A stretch of 39,476 nucleotides of DNA from a bacterium (lineage in GTDB: Bacteria; Oederibacteriota; PGYV01; Palsa-1178), in NCBI GenBank assembly GCA_037138355.1, contig JBAXIL010000013.1:1-39476 (forward strand), written 5' to 3'. This document shows, in pieces, positions 29,326-39,191 of this stretch (positions are counted from its first letter, which is position 1; each line of letters starts with the position of its first letter). The notes beneath the pieces were generated by a model, which saw nothing but the letters and a program-made list of their open reading frames with translations, did no database searches and had not been told where the DNA came from. Made by a program: the position numbers and the translations under genes.

Positions 29326-30318
29326 ATGACAATTTCGTTTAACATTGACCCAATTAGTAACAATAGTGATACTTCTGTGAAGCTGAATCCTGATGTAGTG
29401 ATAATTGGAGGAGGTCCAGCAGGTTTGACAGCTGCCATATACAATTCCAGAGCTGGGATGAATGTACTCATGATAGAAAAGCTTGCGGCAGGGGGACAGA
29501 TATTTATAACAGCTGAAGTAGAAAACTATCCTGGTATAGATGTAATATCAGGACCTGAACTTTCTATAGCTATGGAAAATCAGGCAAGAAAGTTTGGCAC
29601 CAGAATTGAGTACGATGAAGTGGAAAAAATAATAGATGGACCAAACGAATATAAAACTGTTCATACAACTTCAGGAAAGCAGTATAAGACTAAAGCCATA
29701 ATAATATCAACTGGTGCAAAGTATAAAAGCATAGGGGTTCCTGGAGAGGAACTATTTAGAGGCAAAGGTGTTTCAAATTGTGCCACTTGTGATGGGGCTT
29801 TTTACAAGAATATGGAAATAGCGGTAATAGGTGGCGGGGAAACAGCAGTAGAAGAAGCGGAGTATTTAACTAGATTTGCTTCTAAAGTGCATATCATTCA
29901 TCGCAGAGATAGGTTGAGGGCAACTAAAAGTGCTCAGGATAAAGCATTGAAAAATCCTAAGATAAATTTAATTTTTGATTCAGTGTTGGAAGAAATTGCT
30001 GGTGTTTCTGGTGTTGATAAGATAAAAATTGTAAATACAAAAACAGGAGCTAAATCTGAATTGGCTGTTAAAGGTGTGTTTGTATTTGTAGGTCTGGTCC
30101 CAAATACCAACTTTTTAAAGGGTTATGTGGACTTAGATGCTCAGGGGTATATCAAAACGGATGCTTCTATGAATACTTCACGACCAGGTGTTTTTGCCTG
30201 TGGTGATTGCATAGTAAAGGAATTAAGGCAGGTTGTCACTGCTACAGGAGACGGAGCTGTGGCATCATATACTGCACAGCATTATATAGATAAAATGAAT
30301 GGTCAGGAATATATTTAA
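29326..30318 (+). CDS. trxB: Thioredoxin-disulfide reductase
   Basis: IIGGGPAGLTA, CATCDG, GGGETA, HRRD, GVFACGD. Confidence 0.96.
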   Translation: MTISFNIDPISNNSDTSVKLNPDVVIIGGGPAGLTAAIYNSRAGMNVLMIEKLAAGGQIFITAEVENYPGIDVISGPELSIAMENQARKFGTRIEYDEVEKIIDGPNEYKTVHTTSGKQYKTKAIIISTGAKYKSIGVPGEELFRGKGVSNCATCDGAFYKNMEIAVIGGGETAVEEAEYLTRFASKVHIIHRRDRLRATKSAQDKALKNPKINLIFDSVLEEIAGVSGVDKIKIVNTKTGAKSELAVKGVFVFVGLVPNTNFLKGYVDLDAQGYIKTDASMNTSRPGVFACGDCIVKELRQVVTATGDGAVASYTAQHYIDKMNGQEYI

Positions 30319-30328
30319 TTAATACTGA

Positions 30329-32617
30329 TTATGGATTTCTTTTGCGTGGGAGAACACTAATAATCCAGAAGCTTCCAAATAAAAGAAAAGATAATATAGT
30401 GAAGAGATAAAGCATATAGTATAGCTTTAGATTTGTAGGAGAGTACTTAAAGAGTATCTGATGTGAACCTTTGGCAACTTTGATTCCCATAAAAATCCCA
30501 AAACATTTCTCAATAACTGAAGTCTTATTGTCAACATAGGCCGTCCAGCCAGGAAAATAATTGTTTGAAAATATGAAATAGCCTGGTTTCTCTACACTCA
30601 TTTCGATACTGTAAGAATCAAAGTTAAATTCGCTCTTGCGTGACCATGAATATTGTCCGACAATTAAGTTTGGATTGTTTTTTGATGATGAGGTATAAAA
30701 TACAGGTAAAACTTTATTGTTCTTATAAACCATAATGTTCCCATTATAAACCTTTTGTAAATCATGATTGTTAAGTTCGTTTAATGTAATTATATATTTA
30801 ACATTTAAAATATTTAGTTTTTCTAAATCAAACAGAATCCCATTGTTACTAATGTTATTAAGATACGCAGTATAAGCTTTTGGTTCAGAAGTATAGTTTG
30901 AATCGGCATTATTAAATCCATATAGCATGCCCGTATCAAGTGGCAAGCTGGACAAATAGTTTGTCTGTGCCTCAAGTAAAATATTACCTGTGTTTAATGT
31001 TTTTAAGGTATTGTTATTATCAAAATGCAAAAACCTATAATTTGAAGTTCTAATTAGTGAGGTGGTGTCAAATTGCATAGGTCCGTTTTTATATATTGAA
31101 TCAGAAATTAATGGATTCATTCCTGAAACAAAATATGAAAATTCAAAGAAAAGTATGAAGAGTAAAGTGAAAATATAAAAAGTGTTTGATATTTTATTTT
31201 TTACGCTGAAAAAGTATAGCAGAACATTTGATGAAAATATTAGTATAAAAACAAATAGTCCTTTAAGAAGGTTCTCGTGTATTTGGGGAGTTAGATTGTA
31301 TTTACTCACAATGAGATTTTTATTAAATAGGATAAGCAGAAGAATCACTGTGAAAGAAATGATAATATAAATTAAGATTCTAAAAACTTTTTTTGCTTCA
31401 AAAGCTGCAGCTGGCAATTTATCAATTTGTGGTACCTGTGCTGGTGGTAATGAGAGTAAATGTTCCACGGTAAAAGCTGTTATCACGGAACATGGAAGAA
31501 CAAACAATGTTATTGCAAAACCAGGGTTTTGAAGATGTGAAAAAAATGGAAGAAATGCGAAGAATAGCGAATAAACAGGGGTGTTTTTGCCTAAGGCCAT
31601 TATAATGGCGAAAACAATCAGAAATATAGAAAATTTATATAATCTTGTTTTAGGATACATAAACGATAAAAAAATGAGAAAGATAGCTGTTACGGAAAAG
31701 TAATTCATTATTCCAGTGGCATAAAAAATGTAATCGGTTGGAAATAATGTAGCAAAGCCGTTTATACCCGCAGGCATTATGAAAGTCCAAAGGTCCTTAA
31801 AGGACATTGAGGTGGCAGTTGTGCTATATGTCGAAGCAGTTCCAATGGAAGTTAAGTTGAGCAGTTCTTTGAAAAGGCCGAGTTGTGGTAGTGCAAGTAA
31901 TATTATACAGAATATTGAAAACAAGAAAAGTAGTATAGATCCAATAGCTTTTTTTTGTGTGAACTTCACATTTTTGTTTGAAATTTCAAAAATCAAGAAA
32001 AAGAAAGCGAGAATAAAGGTGTAAATAATTGTTGGCAAGTGCCCTGCAAGAATACTTAATGAGAAGCTTAAAATGAATAATATTAAATAAGTGACTTCTT
32101 TTTTTGAAATGAAGTTCAATAAAAAAAGTAAAATTAGTGGTATTAAGGAATATGAACCTAAGGCACTTAAAAAAGAAATCTTTGATAGAGTGAAGGTGTT
32201 AAAAATAAAAACTATTACTGCTGCATATGAAGGGAGAATTGAATACCCAAACTTGCGCATTAAAGCAAAAGCAGAAAATCCCATGATTAAAAAATGAATT
32301 ATTATATATATTTTCAAAGCAGTAGAAAATCCAAAGAAAACAAAAAATATAGATAGGGGATAAAATACACCTTTTTGCATATCTGCTGCAAATGGAACTC
32401 CAGAAGAAATAAGTGAGTTCCAAAAAGGAGCGCTGCCAGATTGAAGTGAGTGCTGCAAGAAAAATTTCCAAGGATAAAACTGAGTGTAAGTATCGCCAAT
32501 AAAGTAATTACTTGATGTAAATATCAACGGGGCAAAGAAAACTATTATGGATAATAATATATATATGTAAGGGTAATAAGGTTTAAATGTAGCTGGTATT
32601 TTGAAAGGTAATTTCAT
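30329..32617 (-). CDS. YfhO-family (GT-C-like) multi-pass membrane protein
   Basis: GDTYTQFYP, PFWN...GVPF.A...FYP N-terminal loop; C-terminal YFPGWTAYVD; many TM helices. Confidence 0.8.
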   Translation of the reverse strand: MKLPFKIPATFKPYYPYIYILLSIIVFFAPLIFTSSNYFIGDTYTQFYPWKFFLQHSLQSGSAPFWNSLISSGVPFAADMQKGVFYPLSIFFVFFGFSTALKIYIIIHFLIMGFSAFALMRKFGYSILPSYAAVIVFIFNTFTLSKISFLSALGSYSLIPLILLFLLNFISKKEVTYLILFILSFSLSILAGHLPTIIYTFILAFFFLIFEISNKNVKFTQKKAIGSILLFLFSIFCIILLALPQLGLFKELLNLTSIGTASTYSTTATSMSFKDLWTFIMPAGINGFATLFPTDYIFYATGIMNYFSVTAIFLIFLSFMYPKTRLYKFSIFLIVFAIIMALGKNTPVYSLFFAFLPFFSHLQNPGFAITLFVLPCSVITAFTVEHLLSLPPAQVPQIDKLPAAAFEAKKVFRILIYIIISFTVILLLILFNKNLIVSKYNLTPQIHENLLKGLFVFILIFSSNVLLYFFSVKNKISNTFYIFTLLFILFFEFSYFVSGMNPLISDSIYKNGPMQFDTTSLIRTSNYRFLHFDNNNTLKTLNTGNILLEAQTNYLSSLPLDTGMLYGFNNADSNYTSEPKAYTAYLNNISNNGILFDLEKLNILNVKYIITLNELNNHDLQKVYNGNIMVYKNNKVLPVFYTSSSKNNPNLIVGQYSWSRKSEFNFDSYSIEMSVEKPGYFIFSNNYFPGWTAYVDNKTSVIEKCFGIFMGIKVAKGSHQILFKYSPTNLKLYYMLYLFTILSFLLFGSFWIISVLPRKRNP

Positions 32618-35600
32618 TTATGGATTACCTTCCCGCAGTTGTTTTCAAGTTCAGGATTTCTGGCATTTACTCCTCCCAAAATAAGAGCTTTTTGATATTC
32701 AGTACATGCCTTACTTTTCATGCCATTCTTTAGATATGTTAAGGCCCTTCCTTGTAAAACTGATATGTAAGAAACTCCCAAAAGCTCTTTTTCATAGTCG
32801 CTTGAAGCGACTTTTGTATGTATTATTTCTTCCATTTTATCATATTCAAGAAGAGCAGAGGCGTATTTTTTCTGTGAAAAATAAATAGCCGCAAGGTTAT
32901 TCATACCTTCAAGAAAATACGGTTCAATTTCAATGGATTTTTGTAGATTATATTCGGCTTTTGTTTCCTCGTTTAAATAATTATAATAAAAGCCAGCCAG
33001 CTCAGAATATGAAAATACTCTATAAGGATTAGCGGCTATGGAAAAATTGTAGTATTTTAGCGCTTCTTCGTAGTCACCAATACCAGCATTGGCACGCCCA
33101 ATATGCAGGCTGTAAATATAATTTTTTCTGTCGAGCTTAAAAGCTCTTTCAAAGTGCGGTATAGAGGCTCTTAAGTCTCCACTTTTCTCATAATAAAGCC
33201 CTTTTTCAAAAGGATATAAAGAGTCAAGTGGATCAAGCAGTGCTGCATCGTAGAGCAAATCTATGTTCCCGTGTTGTACATATTTGGTATTTAAGAAATA
33301 AGCTGCTGCTGGTATTATGGCAAAAAAGAAAAGAATGAAGGAAAGTAAAAGCGCAGGTAAATAATAAATTTTAGTAAAAAGTAATGCTTCTTTTGATACC
33401 GTTCTAATAGAGTAGTGTTCCTCGGCAATGAAAGAGGCAAGAACGGCACAGGTTAATAATATGCCAGGTAAGTGAAGTGTGAAATAAAATAATGAATGGA
33501 AAAGAATACCGCCTATAGCAAAATATGCGGCTGTCTTTATTGACCAAAGTTTTTTATGCCCTTCATAAACAGGAATTTTTTTCATGAGTGAAAATAAAAA
33601 GAAACCTACTATTATTATTCCAGGTATTCCAGTAGTTGCAAAAACCTGAAGATATTCGTTGTGAGCAAAAGCGGTATTCATCTGATAACGCGCGACGCCT
33701 TTTATAGGAAAATTGAAAGCAGGAAAGATACTTTCGAAACTGCCAATACCCCAGCCAAATATAGGAGAAGCAGCTCCCATTTTATACGCGGCATTGTAGA
33801 TGTCCATACGATTGAAGTAAAAAGGATCAGCGCTGACTTTGCCCATTTTTTCTCCAACTGGTGTGATTGGAGTGAAGGCTGTAGCAATAAGTATTACAAA
33901 TAAAATTCTTAATAGCCATTTTTTTAGCAAAGCTTGTGAAGGAGTATCTTTAACAAAAGACGAGTATTTCAAATAGTAAATGGTTATTCCTAAAAAAACA
34001 AAAATCAATGTCAACATGCCACTTTTTGAAGCTGAAAGAGCACTTGAAATAATTATTAGTATAAGTGCAGCTGTTTTGGCGAGTGGAAGTCTTATATTCT
34101 TTTCAAGAAGAAGTCTGGAAAGAAGAAAAGCAAAAGAGATACTCATATAAGCAGAAAACAAGCTTGGATTTGGAAAAAAGCCATCTGCGTATAGCGGAAG
34201 ATTATTGGCATAACGATATAGATACTGGGCACAGGCAACTGCAGCAAGCAGCGTGCCTGTGGAAATTAAAAAGTTTGCTATGGTGGCTCTGAAATTTAAG
34301 TTCCTTAAAAACTGAGATGACAGGTAATATAAAACTGCCGCAGAGACAAGCAGGGTATATATTTTTACTCCAACATATATATTGGGAGTGATAAATAGAG
34401 ATATACCACACCAAATTAAAAATAATATCAGTGGGATGTCCACTGAAGTCCTGCGTATGTCTTCTTTTGAAACAGACCACATAGCAAAACCAGCGGTTAT
34501 AAGTACATTAATGATTGTATAAAAATATATTTGTTTTCCTCCAGTGACAGCACAAAGTAATAAAACCAGTAAAATAACATAAAAAATAATAGAGCGCCTT
34601 CTTCCTGGATTTATGCCTAATAGATACGAAAGCTTGATTTTCTTAAGCTGTATTAGTCCTATATTGACCTGACTCATAAGTGAGGCAAGTAAAACAAGGA
34701 AGACTATAGTGATTTCAAAATTGTATATATCAAAATCAACTAAGTTGTGTAGTAAAAAAGCTGTGAGACCAGTGAGCATGGAAAAGACAAGGATTTTTTT
34801 ATTAGGAGTTCTTAAAAAATAGAAATTTCTAATTATGGAGTTATATGCGGTATAACCTGCAAAAAGTAATAAGGAAAGACCTACGAGTCCTGTTTCCATG
34901 GTGGCTTGTAAAATGAAATTATGTCCGTATTTCAAAAAATCTGCTTTCCCAAAAAGAGGATCATTATAAGTAGCTTCAAAACTGCCAGGTCCAGATCCGA
35001 AAATCGGATTATGTTTAATAATGTCAATAATTCTCAACCAACTTTCCGCTTTTATATTTATTTCAGGAAGTAATGTATTTAACCCGCGGAGGTAAATGAC
35101 GAAGGCTAAAAGGCCGGCTGCAACAATGGTAAATATGAAGAAAAGTCGTCGAAAGTTTTTTAGGCCAGGATCTGATACAAATAAAAGCATTATAAAAGAT
35201 GCTACGATTAGGCATATAAATGCTCCTACTGACCGTGCGAGGACAAGGTTTGAAAGCAGGAGTACGAGGGCAGCAATTAAATATGAACGGTATTTTCTTT
35301 CTGCTTTTATTAGTCCGATTAGTACAGGTATAACCATTATAAGCAGCCCAGCAAAGGCGTTTGGATAAATCAAAGTGGAAAAAATGCGTTTGGAATAAAT
35401 TCTTTGTTTGAGCGCTTCGATATCAGGAACTTGATTATGTAAAAGATATTTGAATGTCTCGCTGAAGCCAGAAATATATTGATACAAGCCGTAAATACTC
35501 ATTAAGCTGACGACTACAATTAGAAAAAAAAGAAAAGCAGTAAAATGTTTTTTTGCGTAATTATAAGTAATGTAGAAGAACAGTAGAAAAATCGTAAAAG

Positions 35601-35889
35601 CGATTGCTGAATTAATAGCGGAGAACATATTTCTACTGGTCACTGCGGATATGAGATACCAGAAAAACAGAAGTATGAGATTTATATCTATAGGTGTTTC
35701 TATTTTAAGTTCTTCTTGCAGGAGCTTATTGCTTAAGATAAAGAAAATTCCAGCAAGGACTATACAACTCTTATATATAATGCCTAAGTCATGGTTTGAA
35801 AAAACAGGAAATAGTAGAGAGGCCGCTGTTAAAAAACCTAAAAGTATAAGAGTTGCGGAATCTGTTATTTTTAGCAGATTGTCTGTCAT
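32614..35889 (-). CDS. Protein with two O-antigen-ligase-like domains and C-terminal TPRs
   Basis: Module 1: [30 protein letters not shown]; module 2: [31 protein letters not shown]; TPRs after about aa 870. Confidence 0.85.
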   Translation of the reverse strand: MTDNLLKITDSATLILLGFLTAASLLFPVFSNHDLGIIYKSCIVLAGIFFILSNKLLQEELKIETPIDINLILLFFWYLISAVTSRNMFSAINSAIAFTIFLLFFYITYNYAKKHFTAFLFFLIVVVSLMSIYGLYQYISGFSETFKYLLHNQVPDIEALKQRIYSKRIFSTLIYPNAFAGLLIMVIPVLIGLIKAERKYRSYLIAALVLLLSNLVLARSVGAFICLIVASFIMLLFVSDPGLKNFRRLFFIFTIVAAGLLAFVIYLRGLNTLLPEINIKAESWLRIIDIIKHNPIFGSGPGSFEATYNDPLFGKADFLKYGHNFILQATMETGLVGLSLLLFAGYTAYNSIIRNFYFLRTPNKKILVFSMLTGLTAFLLHNLVDFDIYNFEITIVFLVLLASLMSQVNIGLIQLKKIKLSYLLGINPGRRRSIIFYVILLVLLLCAVTGGKQIYFYTIINVLITAGFAMWSVSKEDIRRTSVDIPLILFLIWCGISLFITPNIYVGVKIYTLLVSAAVLYYLSSQFLRNLNFRATIANFLISTGTLLAAVACAQYLYRYANNLPLYADGFFPNPSLFSAYMSISFAFLLSRLLLEKNIRLPLAKTAALILIIISSALSASKSGMLTLIFVFLGITIYYLKYSSFVKDTPSQALLKKWLLRILFVILIATAFTPITPVGEKMGKVSADPFYFNRMDIYNAAYKMGAASPIFGWGIGSFESIFPAFNFPIKGVARYQMNTAFAHNEYLQVFATTGIPGIIIVGFFLFSLMKKIPVYEGHKKLWSIKTAAYFAIGGILFHSLFYFTLHLPGILLTCAVLASFIAEEHYSIRTVSKEALLFTKIYYLPALLLSFILFFFAIIPAAAYFLNTKYVQHGNIDLLYDAALLDPLDSLYPFEKGLYYEKSGDLRASIPHFERAFKLDRKNYIYSLHIGRANAGIGDYEEALKYYNFSIAANPYRVFSYSELAGFYYNYLNEETKAEYNLQKSIEIEPYFLEGMNNLAAIYFSQKKYASALLEYDKMEEIIHTKVASSDYEKELLGVSYISVLQGRALTYLKNGMKSKACTEYQKALILGGVNARNPELENNCGKVIHK

Positions 35890-36320
35890 TTCTTAATATT
35901 TACAGCAGCCTCAAGCGCAAGATAATAGCTGTTTTCACCAAAACCAGATATTTGTCCGACTGCCACCGGAGCAATAAATGATTTTTGTCTGAAGTCCTCT
36001 CTCTTATATATATTTGAAAGGTGTACTTCTATGGTAGGAATATTAATGGAGGCTATGGCGTCTCTTATGGCAACAGAAGTGTGAGTGTAAGCGGCTGGAT
36101 TGATAATTAGGCAATCTGCCCAGTCCATAGCCTGTTGTATAGAGGTGACTATCTCACCTTCATGGTTTGATTGTACAATTTTAAGCTCTATGCCGAGGAC
36201 TTTAGCTTTTTTTTCAAGATTAGCGTTTATGTCGGCCATAGAAACATGTCCATAAACATCTGGTTCTCTTTGACCCAAAAGATTAAGATTTGGTCCGTGT
36301 ATTATAAGTACTTTTTTCAT
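35886..36320 (-). CDS. aroQ: Type II 3-dehydroquinate dehydratase
   Basis: [35 protein letters not shown]. Confidence 0.97.
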   Translation of the reverse strand: MKKVLIIHGPNLNLLGQREPDVYGHVSMADINANLEKKAKVLGIELKIVQSNHEGEIVTSIQQAMDWADCLIINPAAYTHTSVAIRDAIASINIPTIEVHLSNIYKREDFRQKSFIAPVAVGQISGFGENSYYLALEAAVNIKK

Positions 36321-36365
36321 GATTTGCTCCTTTTGGTTTAAATACCCTAAAGTTAACTTGTTTTC

Positions 36366-36419
36366 AGTATATCAAAAATATCCTTAATTTCAAGAAAAAA
36401 CTGGGTTTTGTGGTATAAT
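36366..36419. promoter_or_regulatory. Divergent promoters for aroQ (-) and DUF2156 (+)
   Basis: Minus strand TTGAAA (36393-36388), 16 bp, TATACT (36371-36366); plus strand extended -10 TGGTATAAT (36411-36419). Confidence 0.55.
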
Positions 36420-36460
36420 TGATACACTTAGATAAAAATACTATTAGAAAGGCACTATAA

Positions 36461-37363
36461 ATGGACAAAATAGCAAGATTCCCATTATTTACTCCGCTTG
36501 ACATAAGCCACAGGGAAATACTTGAAAAATATTTTTTAGAGCTACAACCGCAAATTTCCGAGTTTAATTTTACGGAATTATTTGCTTGGCATACAATAAG
36601 GGATACTCAAATATCAATACATAATTGTAGCATATTAGTGCAACTTAATAAAAATGGCAAAAAATATTTATATCCGCCTTTTGGGAAAAGTTGTTCTTGT
36701 AAAAGTATGGTTGCAGTTCTTGAATCATTTTTGAAAGAAAAACAAGAAATGTACTTTTATGGATTTGATAGTAATAATTCGCTCATAGCTGAAGAAACTG
36801 GAAAATTAATGGTAATAGAAGATAGGGACAATGCTGATTATGTTTATTCTTCTCAAGATTTGATAAACTTATCTGGCAGAAAATTTGATGGTAAGCGTAA
36901 CCATTTGAAAAACTTTTATAGAAATAATGATTTTGAGTTTTTGCCAGTAACAAAGGACATGATACCTGAAATAAAAGAGTTTCAGATTCAGTGGTGCATG
37001 GCTCGTGGTTGTAGTGATGATTTGTCATTACAAAATGAGAGTCTTGCTGTTTTGGAAGTATTAGATAATTTTTTTGAATTAAATGTATTTGGGGCTGTAA
37101 TAAAAATAAATGGAAAGATACAGGCATTTACTGCGGCTTCAGAACTAAATAAGGATACGGCAGTAGTGCTTTTTGAAAAAGGCAATCCAGAAATCAGAGG
37201 AATATATCAAACCATAAATACGGAGTTCTGCGGAAGAATGCTTTCGAAATACAAATGGGTAAATAGGGAACAAGATGGTGGGGACGAGGGTTTAAGGAAG
37301 GCAAAGTTATCTTATAATCCAGATCATTTGGTAAAAAAATATGTGGTTAAGTTAAAAGCGTGA
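36461..37363 (+). CDS. DUF2156 / phosphatidylglycerol lysyltransferase C-terminal-like (GNAT-fold) protein
   Basis: SEFNF, DYVY...L..L.G.KF..KRNH, FEKG, VNREQD.G.EGLRKAKLSY.P. Confidence 0.88.
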   Translation: MDKIARFPLFTPLDISHREILEKYFLELQPQISEFNFTELFAWHTIRDTQISIHNCSILVQLNKNGKKYLYPPFGKSCSCKSMVAVLESFLKEKQEMYFYGFDSNNSLIAEETGKLMVIEDRDNADYVYSSQDLINLSGRKFDGKRNHLKNFYRNNDFEFLPVTKDMIPEIKEFQIQWCMARGCSDDLSLQNESLAVLEVLDNFFELNVFGAVIKINGKIQAFTAASELNKDTAVVLFEKGNPEIRGIYQTINTEFCGRMLSKYKWVNREQDGGDEGLRKAKLSYNPDHLVKKYVVKLKA

Positions 37364-37376
37364 TTTTTTTTGTTTT

Positions 37377-37468
37377 GTAGGGACAGCGCTCCTGCGCTGT
37401 CCGCAAGGAACTGAACAATATGAAACAAAGCAGACAACATGCGGACAGCGCGGGAGCGCTGTCCCTAC
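37377..37468. repeat. GTAG-type REP doublet (REPIN-like)
   Basis: GTAGGGACAGCGCTCCTGCGCTGTCCGC (37377-37404) and inverted copy (37441-37468), 27/28 identical, each internally palindromic, 36-bp spacer. Confidence 0.85.
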
Positions 37469-37506
37469 GGAATTAAACAATTTATTTAAAAAAAGGAAAA
37501 ATACAA

Positions 37507-38268
37507 ATGAAAAAAAATGACATTGTTGTAGAAGTGCAGGGAATTATAAAGGATTATAAATCTGGTTTTTTTAAACCACATTACACGCATGCGCTTAGGG
37601 GTATTGATTTGGCAATACATGAAGGAGAGTTATTTGGGGTTTTAGGCCCTAATGGCGCGGGAAAGACCACTTTACTAAATGTTATAATGGGTTTAATCAC
37701 ACCTGATAAGGGTTGTGTAATGATAGCCGGAAATAAAAACTGTGGTAAGTTCTCGCAAGAAATAAGGAAGACAATGAATATGAGTTCGGGTAATCCGAAT
37801 TATCCATGGGCTTTGACAGTAAGAGAAGCGCTTAATTTTTATGGGATGCTTTACGGTTTGTGGGGGAAGAATCTGTCTATGAAAGTGGACCACCTCATAG
37901 ACCTTATGGAGCTTAAAAAATATGCAGATACGAGGTTTGATGAATTATCCACTGGTACAAAACAAAGAACTTCAATTGCCAAATCATTATTGAATGATCC
38001 CAAAATACTTTTATTAGACGAGCCGACCTCAGGAATGGATCCAAATATTTCAAGAAAAATTAGAAAAGTAATCAAGCGGCTTCATTCTGAATTGAAAATA
38101 ACTATACTGCTTACTACACATTATATGAGGGAAGCAGAAGAGCTATGTAGTCGTATAGCTTTTATAAAAGATGGAAAGATTGCTGCACTTGGTACCAAAG
38201 AAAAAATAAAGCGTATGACATCTTCTAAAAATATGGAGGAGGCCTTCATTGAACTCGCAACTGATTAG
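37507..38268 (+). CDS. ABC transporter ATP-binding protein (ABC-2/drug exporter type)
   Basis: GPNGAGKT, LSTG signature, LLLDEPT, TTH. Confidence 0.93.
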   Translation: MKKNDIVVEVQGIIKDYKSGFFKPHYTHALRGIDLAIHEGELFGVLGPNGAGKTTLLNVIMGLITPDKGCVMIAGNKNCGKFSQEIRKTMNMSSGNPNYPWALTVREALNFYGMLYGLWGKNLSMKVDHLIDLMELKKYADTRFDELSTGTKQRTSIAKSLLNDPKILLLDEPTSGMDPNISRKIRKVIKRLHSELKITILLTTHYMREAEELCSRIAFIKDGKIAALGTKEKIKRMTSSKNMEEAFIELATD

Positions 38269-39031
38269 AATATATGCTTTTGCATACAGAAATTACATAT
38301 TTGCTGTAAGAAACTTTTTTACTTTCGCAGAAATGCTTTTTTGGCCTATAATTGGAATACTTTCCATTGGTTTAATGGGTGGCTTCCTTTCTTTAACTGG
38401 TAATATGAAATCTTTTCTTTTGACAGGTGCCATAATGGCTGGAGTATTTCAAACATCCCAGCTTGATGTGGCTTACGGATTTCTTTATGATGTGTGGTCA
38501 AAAAGTGTTAAGCAGACCTTCATAGCACCTGTGAGAAATATTGATTATATCTTAGGTTCATGGATTATAGGAACACTCAGAGGTATAATTACATTTTTTA
38601 TGTTGGCAGGATTGGCTGCTATATTTTTTAAGTTTCAGCTTCCAAGTACCTTGGCACTTTGGATTTCTTTGGCAGGAGTGTATCTCACTGCTATGATATC
38701 TGGTATGACTGTAATATTTTTTATATTTATGTTTGGACAAAGGATAGACATAATCGCCTGGATGCTTTCAGCGCTTATGATGATGCTTTGCGGTATTTAT
38801 TATCCTGTGACTTATTTGCCGGCGTTTATAGGAAAGATAGCACAGTTCATACCTCTCACTTACTTTTTGGAATATTTTAGAACAGGTTATGGTTTTACCT
38901 TGAACTTTTCTCACCCTTTGATTAAGGGCTTTGGTTTGTCGGCTATTTATATAGGAATATTATTGTTGTTGATTGAACTCGCATTTTTAAAAGCAAAAAA
39001 GACAGGAATGTTAATCAGGCTGAGCGAGTAA
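38249..39031 (+). CDS. ABC-2 type transporter permease
   Basis: About six TM segments; CGIYYPV..LP, PLTY motifs; TTG start with GGAGG RBS. Confidence 0.88.
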   Translation: MNSQLIRIYAFAYRNYIFAVRNFFTFAEMLFWPIIGILSIGLMGGFLSLTGNMKSFLLTGAIMAGVFQTSQLDVAYGFLYDVWSKSVKQTFIAPVRNIDYILGSWIIGTLRGIITFFMLAGLAAIFFKFQLPSTLALWISLAGVYLTAMISGMTVIFFIFMFGQRIDIIAWMLSALMMMLCGIYYPVTYLPAFIGKIAQFIPLTYFLEYFRTGYGFTLNFSHPLIKGFGLSAIYIGILLLLIELAFLKAKKTGMLIRLSE

Positions 39032-39071
39032 AATACATAACTTTTATGTAAATGTGTAATGTATTTTAATG

Positions 39072-39099
39072 TTGAAGTTTAAAAAAAAAGTTGTAAAAT
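39072..39099 (+). promoter_or_regulatory. Probable promoter for tRNA-Val
   Basis: TTGAAG (39072-39077), 16 bp, TAAAAT (39094-39099). Confidence 0.55.
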
Positions 39100-39115
39100 G
39101 GAAAGACAAAAAAGA

Positions 39116-39191
39116 AGACCAGTAACTCAGTGGTTAGAGTGCCATCCTCACACGATGGAAGTCATCAGTTCAAATCTGATCTGGTCTACCA
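39116..39191 (+). tRNA. tRNA-Val(CAC)
   Basis: AGACCAG/CTGGTCT acceptor, ACTC/GAGT D-stem, CCATC-CTCACAC-GATGG anticodon arm, ATCAG-TTCAAAT-CTGAT T-arm, A-CCA end; 76 nt. Confidence 0.93.

Noticed and set aside
28192..30318. Selenocysteine recoding in the redox genes
   Set aside because: No in-frame TGA at active-site positions; the ORFs are uninterrupted
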